Assembly: GCA_964016885.1 (NCBI GenBank)
Contig: OZ024743.1
Location: 99,262,001 to 99,326,000 of the forward strand
Direction: 5' to 3'
Source: Eledone cirrhosa
Taxonomy: Eukaryota
DNA: 64,000 bases
Shown: piece by piece, positions 12,258-24,845 of the stretch
Layout: each line of letters begins with the position of its first letter
How positions within the stretch are numbered: position 1 is the stretch's first letter
Translations under genes and position numbers: made by a program
The notes under the pieces: generated by a model
Told to the model about the DNA's origin: nothing
What the model saw: only the letters and a program-made list of their open reading frames with translations
Database searches by the model: none

Positions 12258-13183
12258 TGTGTCTACATGGATATCATTGTGTCTACATGGTTATCATTGT
12301 GTCTACATGGATATCATTGTGTCTACATGGATATCATTGTCTACATGGATATCATTGTGTCTACATGGTTATCATTGTGTCTACATGGATATCATTGTCT
12401 ACATGGATATCATTGTGTCTACATGGATATCATTGTGTCTACATGGATATCATTGTCTACATGGTTATCATTGTGTCTACATGGTTATCATTGTGTCTAT
12501 ATGGTTATCATTGTGTCTACATGGATATCATTGTCTACATGGATATCATTGTGTCTACATGGATATCCTTGTGTCTACATGGATATCATTGTGTCTACAT
12601 GGATATCATTGTGTCTACATGGATATCATTGTATCTACATGGTTATCATTGTCTACATGGTTATCATTGTGTCTACATGGTTATCATTGTGTCTACATGG
12701 TTATCATTGTGTCTACATGGATATCATCGTGTCTACATGGATATCATTGTGTCTACATGGATATCATTGTGTCTACATGGATATCATTGTGTCTACATGG
12801 TTATCATTGTGTCTACATGGATATCCTTGTGTCTACATGGATATCATTGTGTCTACATGGATATCATTGTATCTACATGGTTATCATTGTGTCTACATGG
12901 TTATCATTGTGTCTACATGGTTATCATTGTGTCTACATGGATATCATTGTGTCTACATGGTTATCATTGTGTCTACATGGATATCATCGTGTCTACATGG
13001 ATATCATTGTGTCTACATGGATATCATTGTGTCTACATGGATATCATTGTGTCTACATGGTTATCATTGTGTCTACATGGATATTATTGTCTACATGGAT
13101 ATCATTGTGTCTACATGGTTATCATTGTCTACGTGGTTATCATTGTGTCTACATGGATATCATTGTGTCTACATGGATATCAT
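12258..13183. repeat. 20-bp minisatellite GTGTCTACATGG(A/T)TATCATT, roughly 46 units including 18-bp variants
   Basis: Direct inspection; the unit lacks stops in all three plus frames. Confidence 0.97.
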
Positions 13184-13225
13184 AATTCTGCATATTCTTA
13201 AGTGTCTCCAATGAAGTACTTTTAA

Positions 13226-13443
13226 CCCTTTAGCATTTAAACCAGTCATATCTAACCAGAATTCTTTCATCCATTTCTGTTCAAACCGGCTATAACCAAC
13301 CACTCATACTTATGTTAAGACATTGTTCTCAAAATAAATATCAAAATCTTTTAGCTTCAATATTATGTGAGATAATTATGTGAAATAAAGTGTTTACCAT
13401 GAAAATACAATAGTAAATATAGAGTAATGTAAATGCTAAAGGG
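13226..13443. mobile_element. TTAA-flanked piggyBac-like MITE, family A
   Basis: TTAA|CCCTTTAGCATTTA ... TAAATGCTAAAGGG|TTAA terminal inverted repeats and TTAA target duplication. Confidence 0.88.
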
Positions 13444-15087
13444 TTAAATACTATTGATGGTGTAAGTGTGAAGACTGTCCAATACTTTTCTTTCACCAGC
13501 AATCATTCTCCTCACCTAAAAGATTGTTATAATACCATACAGAATTTTAAGGTACATAAAAATGTTTTGGTTCATAATTTCCAGCTATTTTATCTAGATA
13601 AGTTATGTATTAATATTTATTTTGTGTGACAAACGATCAAATCTGAAAGAGTTAAAGAAGTGGGGTGTTGAAAAATACCATCTACTAAGTACAACCCCCA
13701 GAAGAAAGTACATAATGTTCAGTTTCTATACAACAAACAATGCTGTACTTGTTTGTGATTTCATTTTACAAGAACAAATATGCCTGACAAGTATATTTTT
13801 CTTAAATTTTATTCCTGTCCAAAACATAACTGACAGCAGTAAAATTTTCTTTCCTATGACATTTACTTGAAACAATTATTAAATATATTTCATTTTACTG
13901 CCTTTTTCCTCTCTATTGTGCAATATTACAAACATTTAATAAAATAGGCTGCCAAAATTATAACCAACCATGTAGAACAGGAACAAACATACTTTTATTA
14001 TTGTGACAATCATGATTGTTTATCTGCGATTTTTATGATAGATTTAACAACTGGTTGAACTGCTTTCTCTGGGCAACTCATTAAAAAACAAACTACTTTG
14101 GATAGAGCCATAATCTGAGCATTTAGAAACCTATGCTAACTCTTCAATGTGCATTCCATTATGCTAGTCATGTGCAGCATTCTCCCCCAAAAAATAATTT
14201 AAACTTACAGTTTAGTAAGCTAAGTGTTTGACACATCTACACAAAGAAAATTGCTAAGCCTGAATTTTCTACTATACAGTTCAAACTCCCCATGCCAAAA
14301 TATGTGACAGGACGTAACATCCTCTGCCACTCACTGCTGCTTTGTGTATTTCCACAATGATGTCTATATGATAAAGATGTTTAAGGATTTATTTAATGAT
14401 AAATATTTTATTTAATTATATAAATTTGTATAAAACTGATTCTTTAAGGATTAGTAATTCACCTCTCTGAGGTTAGTGGTCTAGACAACTACCTAGTTGG
14501 CCTTAATGGCTAGCTTAGACACACTTTCAGAGACCATCACTTTTGTTCTACATATCTTTTCAAAATATATGTGATGATCTCTTTCAATATTATGGCCTAT
14601 TGTACCAGATATATACAAATGTTGGAATTTCATTTGATTTGAAATCATTAACGAAAAAAAGTAGGACACAATGAGGAAGAAAAAAATGGGTAGAATTTGC
14701 TTCACTTTTTGAGATTTTATTTCTATAAAATAAAGAAAGCTGATTAAATATCAACATTTATAACAATTGCCAATCATATATAAAAAATAAGAGAAAACTT
14801 TCCAATGTGTAAATCATGTAGAGTAGAACAAATTTACTTTGCACAAGTTTTCAGTAGTGGATTGTGTGAAGATGCTGAACAAAGAAGCATCAGATTTAGA
14901 TAAGGCAGAGAAATGCTTAATAAAAAGAAAGGGGTCAAGGGATGGTGAGGGATGAACTAAAAGAAATATTTACATAAAGAAATAAAAGCAGCTTGGATAA
15001 AAAATATCAATTTAAAATTACAAACCAAATAAAGAAAATGTTTCACTGAAAATGTCCAAGTAGTAGTCTTAAAAGAAATCATTATTA

Positions 15088-15277
15088 GCAGTGGATTGGC
15101 AGTATCGGTAGAGAGTCGGACACCATGCTTTCCAGCATAGTTACGTCTCTTTACGGTCTGAGTTCAAATCTCGCCGAGGTTAACTTTGCCTTTCATCCTT
15201 AAGGGGTCGATAAAATAAAGTACCAGTAATGTACTGGGAAAATTGCTGGCCTTGTGCCAAAAGTAGAAACAATTATT
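15088..15277 (+). mobile_element. Meta/MESC-like tRNA SINE (young copy)
   Basis: Near-identical to 35453-35642 and 36640-36826; a decayed copy follows at about 15325-15480. Confidence 0.85.
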
Positions 15278-15504
15278 AAGATTCCTATAGTAGAAATCAT
15301 TATTAAGATTAACAGAATCAGTAAAGTGATGGAGAAAATGTCTTGTAGTATTTAGTTTGTCTTTTTATTATACACTCTAAGTTCAAAACTGCTGAGGTTG
15401 ACTTTGTTTTTACATCATTCTATGGTTAATAAACTAAAGTAACAGTCAAGTACTGAGTTTGATAGAATTAAATCCCTTCCCTCACGCAATAATAGTAATA
15501 ATAA

Positions 15505-15985
15505 TAATCTCACACCCTCTGTCCAGGTTTTCCTTGGCTTCCTTTTACAGTAGTTCCCTTCCACTGGGATTTCTTGGCACTTCTTCACCCAACAATCATT
15601 ATCCATACACATCACATGATCATGCTAACACAGTATTCTCTCTTTCCCACTACATCTGATTCCTCTTTTAATTCAGCTTTCCTTGCAGCTCATCCAGGCA
15701 CATCCATCAGAACAAGCTCACTTCATTTCTCTCAAACCTTCTCTGCATTTGTTGCTCATGTCTCACTACCATGGAACATCGGACTTTCTTCAGAGGCATC
15801 ATGCAGCCAGCCTTTCTTTCATAATAAGAAACCTTTTGTTGTAACAGAGTTAGCAGCTCCCTAAAATGTTTATATTCTATTATTATTCTAGCTTCTATGC
15901 TGTTGGTGCAGTCTTCTTCTCCCCAAATATTTTGATCACCTAGATAGCAGAAACTATCAACTACTTCTAAGGAGACTTCCTATTA
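15505..15985 (-). mobile_element. Decayed RTE LINE RT C-terminal fragment
   Basis: LEVVDSFCYLGDQ, HGSET and RKPRKTW remnants on the minus strand. Confidence 0.75.
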
Positions 15986-16278
15986 TATATAGATTCAGAG
16001 ACATTTTATGTGATGCATATGATGAGGAGAAGATTGATAATTATGACATAGAGAGCAACTGGAAGTTTCTCTGAGAAAACCTGTTATGAGCTACTGACTA
16101 GACCTGCAGCTGGAGTAAGGTAACACCCCCCCCCCCCCAAAAAAAAAGGTGATTTGATAGTAGATAAAGCCCAAAACCTAAAAGATGGGTCTGCCAAGAC
16201 TGGAAGTAAAGTGGGAGCAAAGAACAATACCATGTAACTTGAAGAGAAGCTCGATAGCAATATATAAATCTCCTTTAA

Positions 16279-16648
16279 CCCTTTTGATACCAACCAACCT
16301 GAAACATTCCTAGTTCTATGATATTAAACTGCCTCCTTTAAAATGTTCATAAATTATATTAAAACTGCCAATCATAATTTTATGTTCGACATATTTAATA
16401 AATAATGTTTCAAAGATCAGCTTGCCAATAAAAGAATTAGTTGTATTACCAAATTACCCCAAATTTATTAATATTTTCAAAATCAATTGAAGCACATTGT
16501 GCAGTGTATTTAAACTTCTGGACGCTCTAGGTGCCTTATGTCACCAATAGAGTAATCTCCCCTTAATACACAATGCAGTGTCAAGGGAAGCAATTCATAA
16601 GAAAATTCAGCGTGCTAAAAATTAATTAAAAATATGGTAACAAAAGGG
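16279..16648. mobile_element. piggyBac-like MITE, family B, with an internal insertion of about 110 bp
   Basis: TTAA|CCCTTTTGATACCA ... TGGTAACAAAAGGG|TTAA. Confidence 0.8.
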
Positions 16649-17618
16649 TTAAAAACCTTCCTAAATTCAAAGGTCATAAAAAAACCCTTAAAACAACACG
16701 ATTACTATAAACGCTTGTCAGTGCTTGATAAAAAAAAACAACTATATGTAGTTTTCTGGAAGCAACTTTAAGCTAGAGGCGTAACAACAACAAACTTTAT
16801 AAAAATATTTATATTTTCATATATGTCAACTCAGCAAAAAGCAAACTAAGATTTGCTTAGGAAAACATTTTCATTGTGGATTAAAAATGTTTCTAAACAT
16901 CTTATCTTGTCAGAAAGAAGCGAAAGTCTAATAAAAAAGAAGGAATAGAAAACAACTACTTGCTGAGCAGAGTACATTATATGCTTGATTATTTCTTTTT
17001 AATATTTGTCTGAAACATTGTCTTATAGAGTAGCTTTAACTACAATTTCAAACTTGGTTTATCTTCAACTGCCTTGATTACAGTTTTGATTAAGAAAAAA
17101 TAAAGTAGACATAAATATTTATAGAATTCTGAGAAACATGTAACCAAGCGCAGTACAAAGTGAAATTGTAAGAAAGGAAAGAAGAGCAAAAATATAAAAA
17201 AATCTAGCAATAATTAATGTTGTTTTCTAAAAAAAACTTTGGCATTTTAAACTATTTATCTGATATGTTCAGTACATTGGTTTCAGTACTGATACTAACA
17301 GTTATTTTTAGAGTCTATTATTGCCTTTCAAAATTTGGTTGGAAAGATAAATAGCACACGAAAAGAGTAAAGAAAATAGTTGCTCATGTATTAATTATGT
17401 ATACTAGCACATAACCCATTGTTTTAAACATGGAATAGCTTTGTTTATGGGGACATCATAACCACCATCATTTTTATGTTCACTTTTCCATACTGGCATG
17501 GGTTGAACAGAATATTTTAAGACAATGTTTTACTGCCAGATGCCCTTCCTGATGCCAGCCACTTTAGGCACCTCTTTTGACATTGTGTACCTATTCTAAA
17601 AACCATTGTACACATTCC

Positions 17619-17688
<70 letters not shown>

Positions 17689-17785
17689 GATATATGCAAA
17701 AGTTCTATTTAAATTGTTGGGATACAACAAGCAAATATTTTTATAACTGATATAAAGCACTCAACAAGTATTTGGAGTAAATATA

Positions 17786-17995
17786 CGATATTAATAAATG
17801 GAAACTATATTTATAAAACCATATTTATTTCATTATACATATTTCAAGGATACCATGTTAAATTATGGTATGCCTTCATCAGACAAAATACAATATATAC
17901 CAGTGTTATAAATAAACATTGACGTACCCTTTCAAAATGCGACCGTTACTTTTGGAAGACATCAGGATAGTGGTTTGTTTATTTTAGTAAGTCGT
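17786..17995 (-). mobile_element. Penelope-like pseudo-LTR fragment
   Basis: Homologous to 7300-7530 (atattaataaatggaaactatatttataaaaccatattta shared). Confidence 0.6.
17826..17890 (-). ncRNA. Type I hammerhead ribozyme (family A, copy 2)
   Basis: TATTTTGT-CTGATGA-[AGGCATACCAT...ATGGTATCCTT]-GAA-ATATGTAT-A-ATGAAATA; changes relative to copy 1 keep pairing (G-U or compensatory). Confidence 0.72.
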
Positions 17996-18971
17996 TATGT
18001 TAAGGAGACGGAAAAAAGACGGAGAGAGAGAGAAACCAAGAGAGATAAAAGTGGAGAAAAGAAAGGGAGAGATAAATAAAGAAAAAGAAGAAAGAAAAAA
18101 AAAAGAAAACAGAGAAAAACAACAGAGAGATATCCAACCACCAGACAGAGAGAAAAAATCAAGAGAGAGAAATATAGAGATAGAGAGAGGGGGAGAGAAC
18201 GAAAACCTTAAGTCATGTCACATTAAGTTGAGTTAACAATTGAGATGAAATGAATAAATAAAATTAGAAATATTAATATTCATGAATGGAATATACATAT
18301 ATAATATGAGAAATTAATCATTGTTTAGTTATGATTAGATATTTAGTTTAAAAATTGAGATCAATATATTAAAAATTGCAATTTAAACATTACTAAATAT
18401 ATATATTGCTAGAGAAATTACCTATCATATAGCACGTACATATACGCAAAAATACATAAATATATATATATATATACACACACTCAGAAAATACACACTG
18501 TATTTACTTCCGTATATAATATATACATACAAAGCATAAATGATTTTTTTTATTACTGCTATACATTCCTTGTGTTATTAAATCAAATTTTTTAGTATAT
18601 ATATATAAATATATAGGATTAACTTTCATGCATTTATGGCTGTTAAATTATGCATATCTGCAATCAAATTGCATGGGTACACATGTACATGCACACACAC
18701 AATTCTTACATATACATATATAAATATGTGTGTGCATCTTCACCCAATTGGTAGACATGCGTCACTCATGCATATATACAGACAGACATATATTCATAAA
18801 AATGCATACAACACATGCATATGTATGTTAATACACATACATACATACTTAGTCGTATAGAGATAAGTATACATCAATATATTACATAGTACAATTGAGT
18901 ATATAAAATACAAAAGGATTATATATTGGAAATATAATATATCAATGATATACATATATATATATATATAT

Positions 18972-19710
18972 ACTGTATGATGCGTGTATCCGAACAGCAA
19001 TGCTACTTGGTAGTGAGACCTGGGCGCTGAAGGTGGAAGACTTACGTAGATTAGAAAGAAACGAAGCCTGCATGCTCTGATGGATGTGTAATAGTAATAT
19101 ACGTGAACGACAAAGCATAAATGAATTGAGAGAGAGACTGAGCATAAGAGGAATCAAATGCTGTGTGCAGGAGAGGCGGTTGCGTTGGTATGGACATGTG
19201 ATGCGTATGAAGGATGACAGCTGCATAAAAAGGTGCAGAGCACTAGAAGTCAATGGAAACCGCGGAGTAGGGAGACCCAAGAAGACCTGCGATGAGGTGA
19301 TAAAAGCCGACCTTACCCAATTACACCTCTCAAAGGCGATGATACACGACCGTGACCTCTGGCGTCACGCAGTAATACAGAGTACCCGACCTCCCATGGG
19401 TACAAGCTGAAGCATGTAGACAATATGCCCCCACACCCTCCCACTGCAAGGTGGTCGTGGAGGTGCCACAGCAAAAAAGCACCCAGCCCACACTGTAAAG
19501 TGGACGTGTAGGCGCCACGGAAAAAGCACCCAGCACTCACTGTAAATGAGGTTGGTGTTATGAAGGGCATCCAGCTGTAGAAATCAAGCCCAAATCAGTT
19601 CCTGTATGAGCAAGGCATGGTCAGCCGACCAGACACTGCCCACAACAGGACAACCCGTCTAACCCATGCTAGCGTGGAAGAACGGACGTAAAACGGTGAT
19701 GATGATGATG

Positions 19711-19712
<2 letters not shown>
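18972..19712 (+). mobile_element. 5'-truncated RTE LINE, subfamily 1
   Basis: LYDACIRTAML.GSETW..LRWYGHVMRMKDD, in-frame TGA at 19078, long 3' UTR, (GAT)n tail, embedded in (TA)n. Confidence 0.92.
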
Positions 19713-19751
<39 letters not shown>

Positions 19752-19794
19752 CATATATATATACATATATACATATACATATATATATATGTAT

Positions 19795-20364
19795 CCCAGT
19801 ATAACCTGTCTCATGGTCGGGTCATTGGCGACTAAACTGGCAACCCCACCAAGGTTTCTTGGTGAGGAGGGTGACTGGACATCCTGCAGGACTAAAAACA
19901 AAACCTGTCAAAGGGCAAAGGAGCTCTTAAGAGTCAATGGCCATCCAAAATCACCAGGAGAGATGACCCTTTAGCCTTTGTCAAGGCAGAATTCTAGGAG
20001 AAGGAAAACTCAGATATAACACCTGCAACCTTGATGGTATCCAATGATGTTGACTTGTTATTCTTTTTGGTAAATATCATCTTGGTTAAGAGAGTGGGAC
20101 TGGCTTTGTGCAGTGCCTTTGCTCACTATAAAAGCTTCACGGCACAGGCATTGCTTTATATCTGGAGATCTCTCTGCACTTGTCGTCACATGGTACCATG
20201 GGCCCAGCACTGTGTGTCAATAATTGTCACAAGTGTAATGTTTGTACCAGAGTTTTCAAGTCGTTGGCTGGACTAAAAAGTCACACTCGTTCAGCGTATT
20301 GATAGGCGTTCTCCTACATGGATATAAAGTAGTGGCCGTACTCGAAAACGAGTTGGCAGCCACC

Positions 20365-20365
<1 letters not shown>
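19795..20365 (+). mobile_element. Short internally deleted RTE-like element (5' UTR fused to ORF terminus)
   Basis: RTE-5'UTR-like ctaggagaaggaaaactc motif, then CNVCTRVFKSLAGLKSHTRS* (C2H2-like terminus typical of BovB-type RTE ORFs) and a short UTR; (TA)n on both sides. Confidence 0.6.
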
Positions 20366-20396
<31 letters not shown>

Positions 20397-20689
20397 TAAC
20401 AGCTGTTTACTCTGACATAAAATTACATATATACATAGAGAGACGTTTTTTACTGTATCTCTAATGAACGATATTGCCTACGATTTTTAAATCATTTTCA
20501 AAATAATCAACAATTTGGAGGATTTTAATATAATCATCTTTTTCATTATTTACTTCATGTTAGAAAAATAACCAAAGGCTTACATATAATTATGATGGAA
20601 AGTTTTGAGATAACTATAAACATTTTAAAATAGGTGTAGTTTCAAGTGGTTTGCTATAGAAAGGGTTAACATTATTATAATTACTCCCC

Positions 20690-21040
20690 TTTATGGTCTG
20701 AGTTCAAATCCTGCCGAGGTTAACTTTGCCTTTCATCCTTACGGGGGTCAATAAAATAAAGTACCAGTAATGCACTGGGGTGATTGCTGGCCTTGTGCCA
20801 AAAGTAGAAACAATTATTATTAAGGGTAGTGGATTGGCAGTATTGGTAGAGCATCAGATACCATGCTTTGCAGCATAGAGTTACAGCCCTTTATGAGCCG
20901 AGTTCAAATCCTGCCGAGGTTAGCTTTTCCTTTCGTCCTTACAGGGTCAATAAAATAACGAACCAGTAATGCACTGGGGTCGATTTAATCAACTCCCCAC
21001 CCAAATTGCTGGCCTTGTGCCTATAGTAGAAATCATTATT
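20690..21040 (+). mobile_element. Two tandem Meta/MESC-like SINEs
   Basis: Two successive gagttcaaatcctgccgaggtta...gtcaataaaataa...ttgctggccttgtgcc units. Confidence 0.82.
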
Positions 21041-21218
21041 TTTATCATTATTATTTGACACTTGCTTTGAATTCTGCTTCATTCCAAATGTATAGCAAGT
21101 GTTAACCTGATACCTGAGGCAAAATTGCATTTTGTTATTACAGATTCTTCTCGAGCTCATGGCTTTTTCTATTGCTAACCAGAAGTACATAGTAGTACGA
21201 AACCAGAAGTGCATAGTG

Positions 21219-21786
21219 TTCAGAGTTGCTGAAACATGGAACAAACTACCTGCATCAGTTGTTAGCTGTCGAGACACTGCATCCTTTAAAACCTCCATGG
21301 AACAAACTACCTGCATCAGTTGTTAGCTGTCGAGACACTGCATCCTTTAAAACCTCCATGGAACAAACTACCTGCATCAGTTGTTAGCTGTCGAGACACT
21401 GCATCCTTTAAAACCTCCATGGAACAAACTACCTGCATCAGTTGTTAGCTGTCGAGACACTGCATCCTTTAAAACCTCCATGGAACAAACTACCTGCATC
21501 AGTTGTCAGCTGTCAAGACACTGCATCCTTTAAAACTTCCATGGAACAAACTACCTGCATCAGTTGTCAGCTGTCGAGACACTGCATCCTTTAAAACCTC
21601 CATGCTTCCTGAAATTCCCAAACACTACACCTAATATTCCCCCTCCATACACATACACACATGTATATTATGACTCATACACTGTTCACTTCCCTGACAT
21701 TTGTATATTATTCTATGTACTATACATGCAGCTTTGATGAGTTGTAGTGCACCTGAGCACTGTACACAATCATTTCATTATTATTA
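21219..21786 (+). mobile_element. CR1 LINE 3' end with six tandem 61-bp copies
   Basis: RVAETWNKLPASVVS motif; unit catggaacaaactacctgcatcag...aaaacctc starts at 21235, 21296, 21357, 21418, 21479 and 21540; (ATT)n tail. Confidence 0.9.
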
Positions 21787-22632
21787 TTTATAGAAACAAA
21801 AACAATAATGTGTCTTGCCAAGAAGTATATGGATTAGTCAAGACATTTCTATTTAGTTGTGCTCCAAACAGAAACCAAATACCCCCCCCCCCCCAAAGTT
21901 TTTACCATTAATGGGTACTAAATTACTGTAATCATTTCATTCCTATATTTCTAATGAAAGCCACTAATTAAATTGGTGTTTTGAACATAACAAAAAAAGG
22001 TTCTTATATAAAATTATGATGGAAGAGTTTTTGATAAATATATATACTTTTTTAAAGAAATACTTTGTATTGTAGAATCAGAGGTGGTTTCTAGCAGTTT
22101 CTTGTCAAAAGGGTTAATAAATATAGATTGACTGTATTAGAAATGTTGATTGACTGTCTTATTAAATCAGCAGTCCTTGAGGTGTAGGTTTACTTGAACA
22201 GATATGAGCAGGTTTACCTAACAACAATAACTGAAGTATCAATGATGCATGAACCAACAAGAGAGCTTCTACACAGTAGCTTGATGTGCTAGAAATAGAT
22301 GCAAAATTTCTATAAGCTCTGATTCAGAGTGTTATTATATCATCAACCTCTAAGATATATGTTTAGTTGAATAGATAGAGAGCAGGGTTACCCCTAACAA
22401 CAATAACTACAATATCAATGATACATAAGTCAATAAAGAAGCCACTACATGGTTACTCAACCTGCTGGAAATAACAGTTAAATCTCTATAAATTCTCATC
22501 TTACCATTTAAAAACTAGACATTAGATTATGTAGTTGCAGATATACTGCCTGAATAAAAGATAAAATAGTTCCAGCTGGAAACCTTTGATCATAGGTCTG
22601 TTGAATCAAAGCTGAATTGGGCTAAACTTGAA

Positions 22633-22866
22633 CCCTTTTCATAGCAAGCCACTTGAAACTGCTTCTGGTTCTACGATACAAAACTACCTGTTTTAAAGTG
22701 TTTATACTTATATTAAAACCTTCAACCATCATTTTTATAAAAATCTTTTAAGTAATGCTCAAGGCGTTAGCTTAATAATGAAAAAGCTCGTTATTTTAGT
22801 GAATTCCTTCAAGTTTTTCAATTAATTAAGATGCAGGCTATTTTATTAGAAATATAACAAACGGGT
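22633..22866. mobile_element. piggyBac-like MITE, family B (diverged)
   Basis: aacccttttcatagcaa ... aacaaacgggttaa; further decayed copies near 20400-20665, 21940-22113, 28890-29150, 58985-59195 and 60270-60500. Confidence 0.6.
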
Positions 22867-23637
22867 TAATAGTTACAACATTATGGGAAATAATGCAAGA
22901 TTGATCAGCATAATACAAATGAAGTTTTTAATGGGTTGAAGTAGACAAAGCTAGCAGTAATTAATTTTCTTCATCAAAATATAGACATTTCCAATAATTT
23001 TATCTATAATTAACATAATTCCTTTGGCACTGCTACCAAGATTCTTCCTTAATTTGTGTTTTCTGTTTATGTGTGTATAAGATTTCCATGGCTAGAGTAA
23101 TAATAGTAAATGAAAAAAGAAAACAAACATCTCCAACAGGAATATTAGTAGCTGTTATTCTGAGATGCATTAAAATAGTTTTAAATTGCATTTCAAAATT
23201 CCACTCTTTTTAGATATAGTTTATCACAAGTTTCTAACTTTGCAACATTACTTTCAATAATTATCTGCAATATAATTTTCTATATTTTCTTTCCATCTAT
23301 ACTACTCACAAGACATTATTCTTTCCTGCAAAATAATATTCGATTTCATTTTACGTTTTAATTGATATTCAGAATAAATAATTTTAATAAAAAAGAAAAA
23401 AAAGTACTAAAAAGAAAGTAAAAGTCTTTCAAATGAAATCTATTAAATATGAAACTATACCTATAATGGAAGGTGGTAAAGTGATAGTGTTATTAGAACA
23501 TCAGATAAAATGTTTTGCAGTATTTGTTCTGGCTTTCTGTACTCTGAGTTCAAATCCTGTCAAGGTTAACTTTGACTTACATTCTTTTTGAGGTTGAAAG
23601 TACATTCTGAACACTAGGATCAGCTCTCTCTCGCCCC

Positions 23638-23680
<43 letters not shown>

Positions 23681-23731
23681 CATATATAAACACACACACA
23701 CACACACATGCATGTATATATATATATATAA

Positions 23732-23787
<56 letters not shown>

Positions 23788-23804
23788 ACACATATATATT
23801 ACTG

Positions 23805-23839
<35 letters not shown>

Positions 23840-24141
23840 TGGATCAGTTGGAGCCAGTTGCTTCTGGCATGACCCACTAGAAGGAATGCTTGAGGACTCT
23901 ACTCACTCAACCCTCTCACAAATAAGTAGACAAAGAAAAAGAATTAGCTGTTATGTTGTATCTCAAAACTTACATTTTTTATGTTATTTCATTGGTACTT
24001 TCAGAATATCACTATTAAGACCAAGGTTAAGGTAGAAATTTGACTGAAGCAGGGTACATCTGTCTGTGGAATGCTCAGTCACTTATACGTTAATTTCATG
24101 AGCAGGTAATTTCATTGTTCAAATAACTGGAACATTCATCA

Positions 24142-24845
24142 TTGCGTTGGACGAAGCATGTCTCTAAAACTGTCAAGAGGGCCGAGGGTGTCTTAGCATC
24201 ACTCAGCAAGACCTTTGTCAGCCGCTCTCCAGCTATCTATTTAAGGCTGTACATGGCTATGGTGCGGCCACACTTAGAATTTGCATCACCAGTCTGGAAC
24301 CCCTATCTTACTCAGAACATTAACCGCCTGGAAACTGTTCAGGGATGTGCAACCAAGCGAATACCCTCCATCAGGTATCTACCATACTCTGAACGCCTTG
24401 CTTCCCTGGGCATGGATACATTGAAGCTCCGACACCTGGCAACTGACTTGGTAAACACCCACAAAATTGTTAACCATCTTGCCAACAACAACCCTGAGTA
24501 CCTTCTTGATTTCCATGTGTCTAACACACGTGGGCATGCCAACAAAGTCAGAAAACAGCACCGCTCCATGACTCAGAGTTGCTGAAGCATGGAACAAACT
24601 ACCTGCATCAGTTATTAGCTGTCAGGATACTGCATCCTTTAAAACCTCCATGCTTCCTGAAATTCGCCAACACTACACCTGATACCCCCCTCCATACACA
24701 CGCACACATGTATTTTGTGACTCGTACACTGTTCATTTTCCTGACATTTGTAAATTATTCTATGTACTATACATGCACCTTTGATGAGTTGTAGTGCACC
24801 TGAGCACTGTACACAATAATTTCATTATTATTTTTATTATTATTA
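24142..24845 (+). mobile_element. 5'-truncated CR1 LINE (RT C-terminus plus 3' UTR)
   Basis: LYMAMVRPHLEFASPVWNPY..LETVQGCATKRIP..YSERLASLG..TRGH; tail gagttgtagtgcacctgagcactgtacacaa(ATT)n. Confidence 0.92.

Noticed and set aside
12249-13214. Three overlapping 300-aa Cys/His-rich ORFs as a repeat protein or CRISPR-like array
   Set aside because: Pure tandem 20-bp repeat with no unique spacers; the ORFs follow from a stop-free unit.
21235-21600. CRISPR-like regular repeats
   Set aside because: Contiguous CR1-derived units with no spacers and no cas genes; eukaryotic context.
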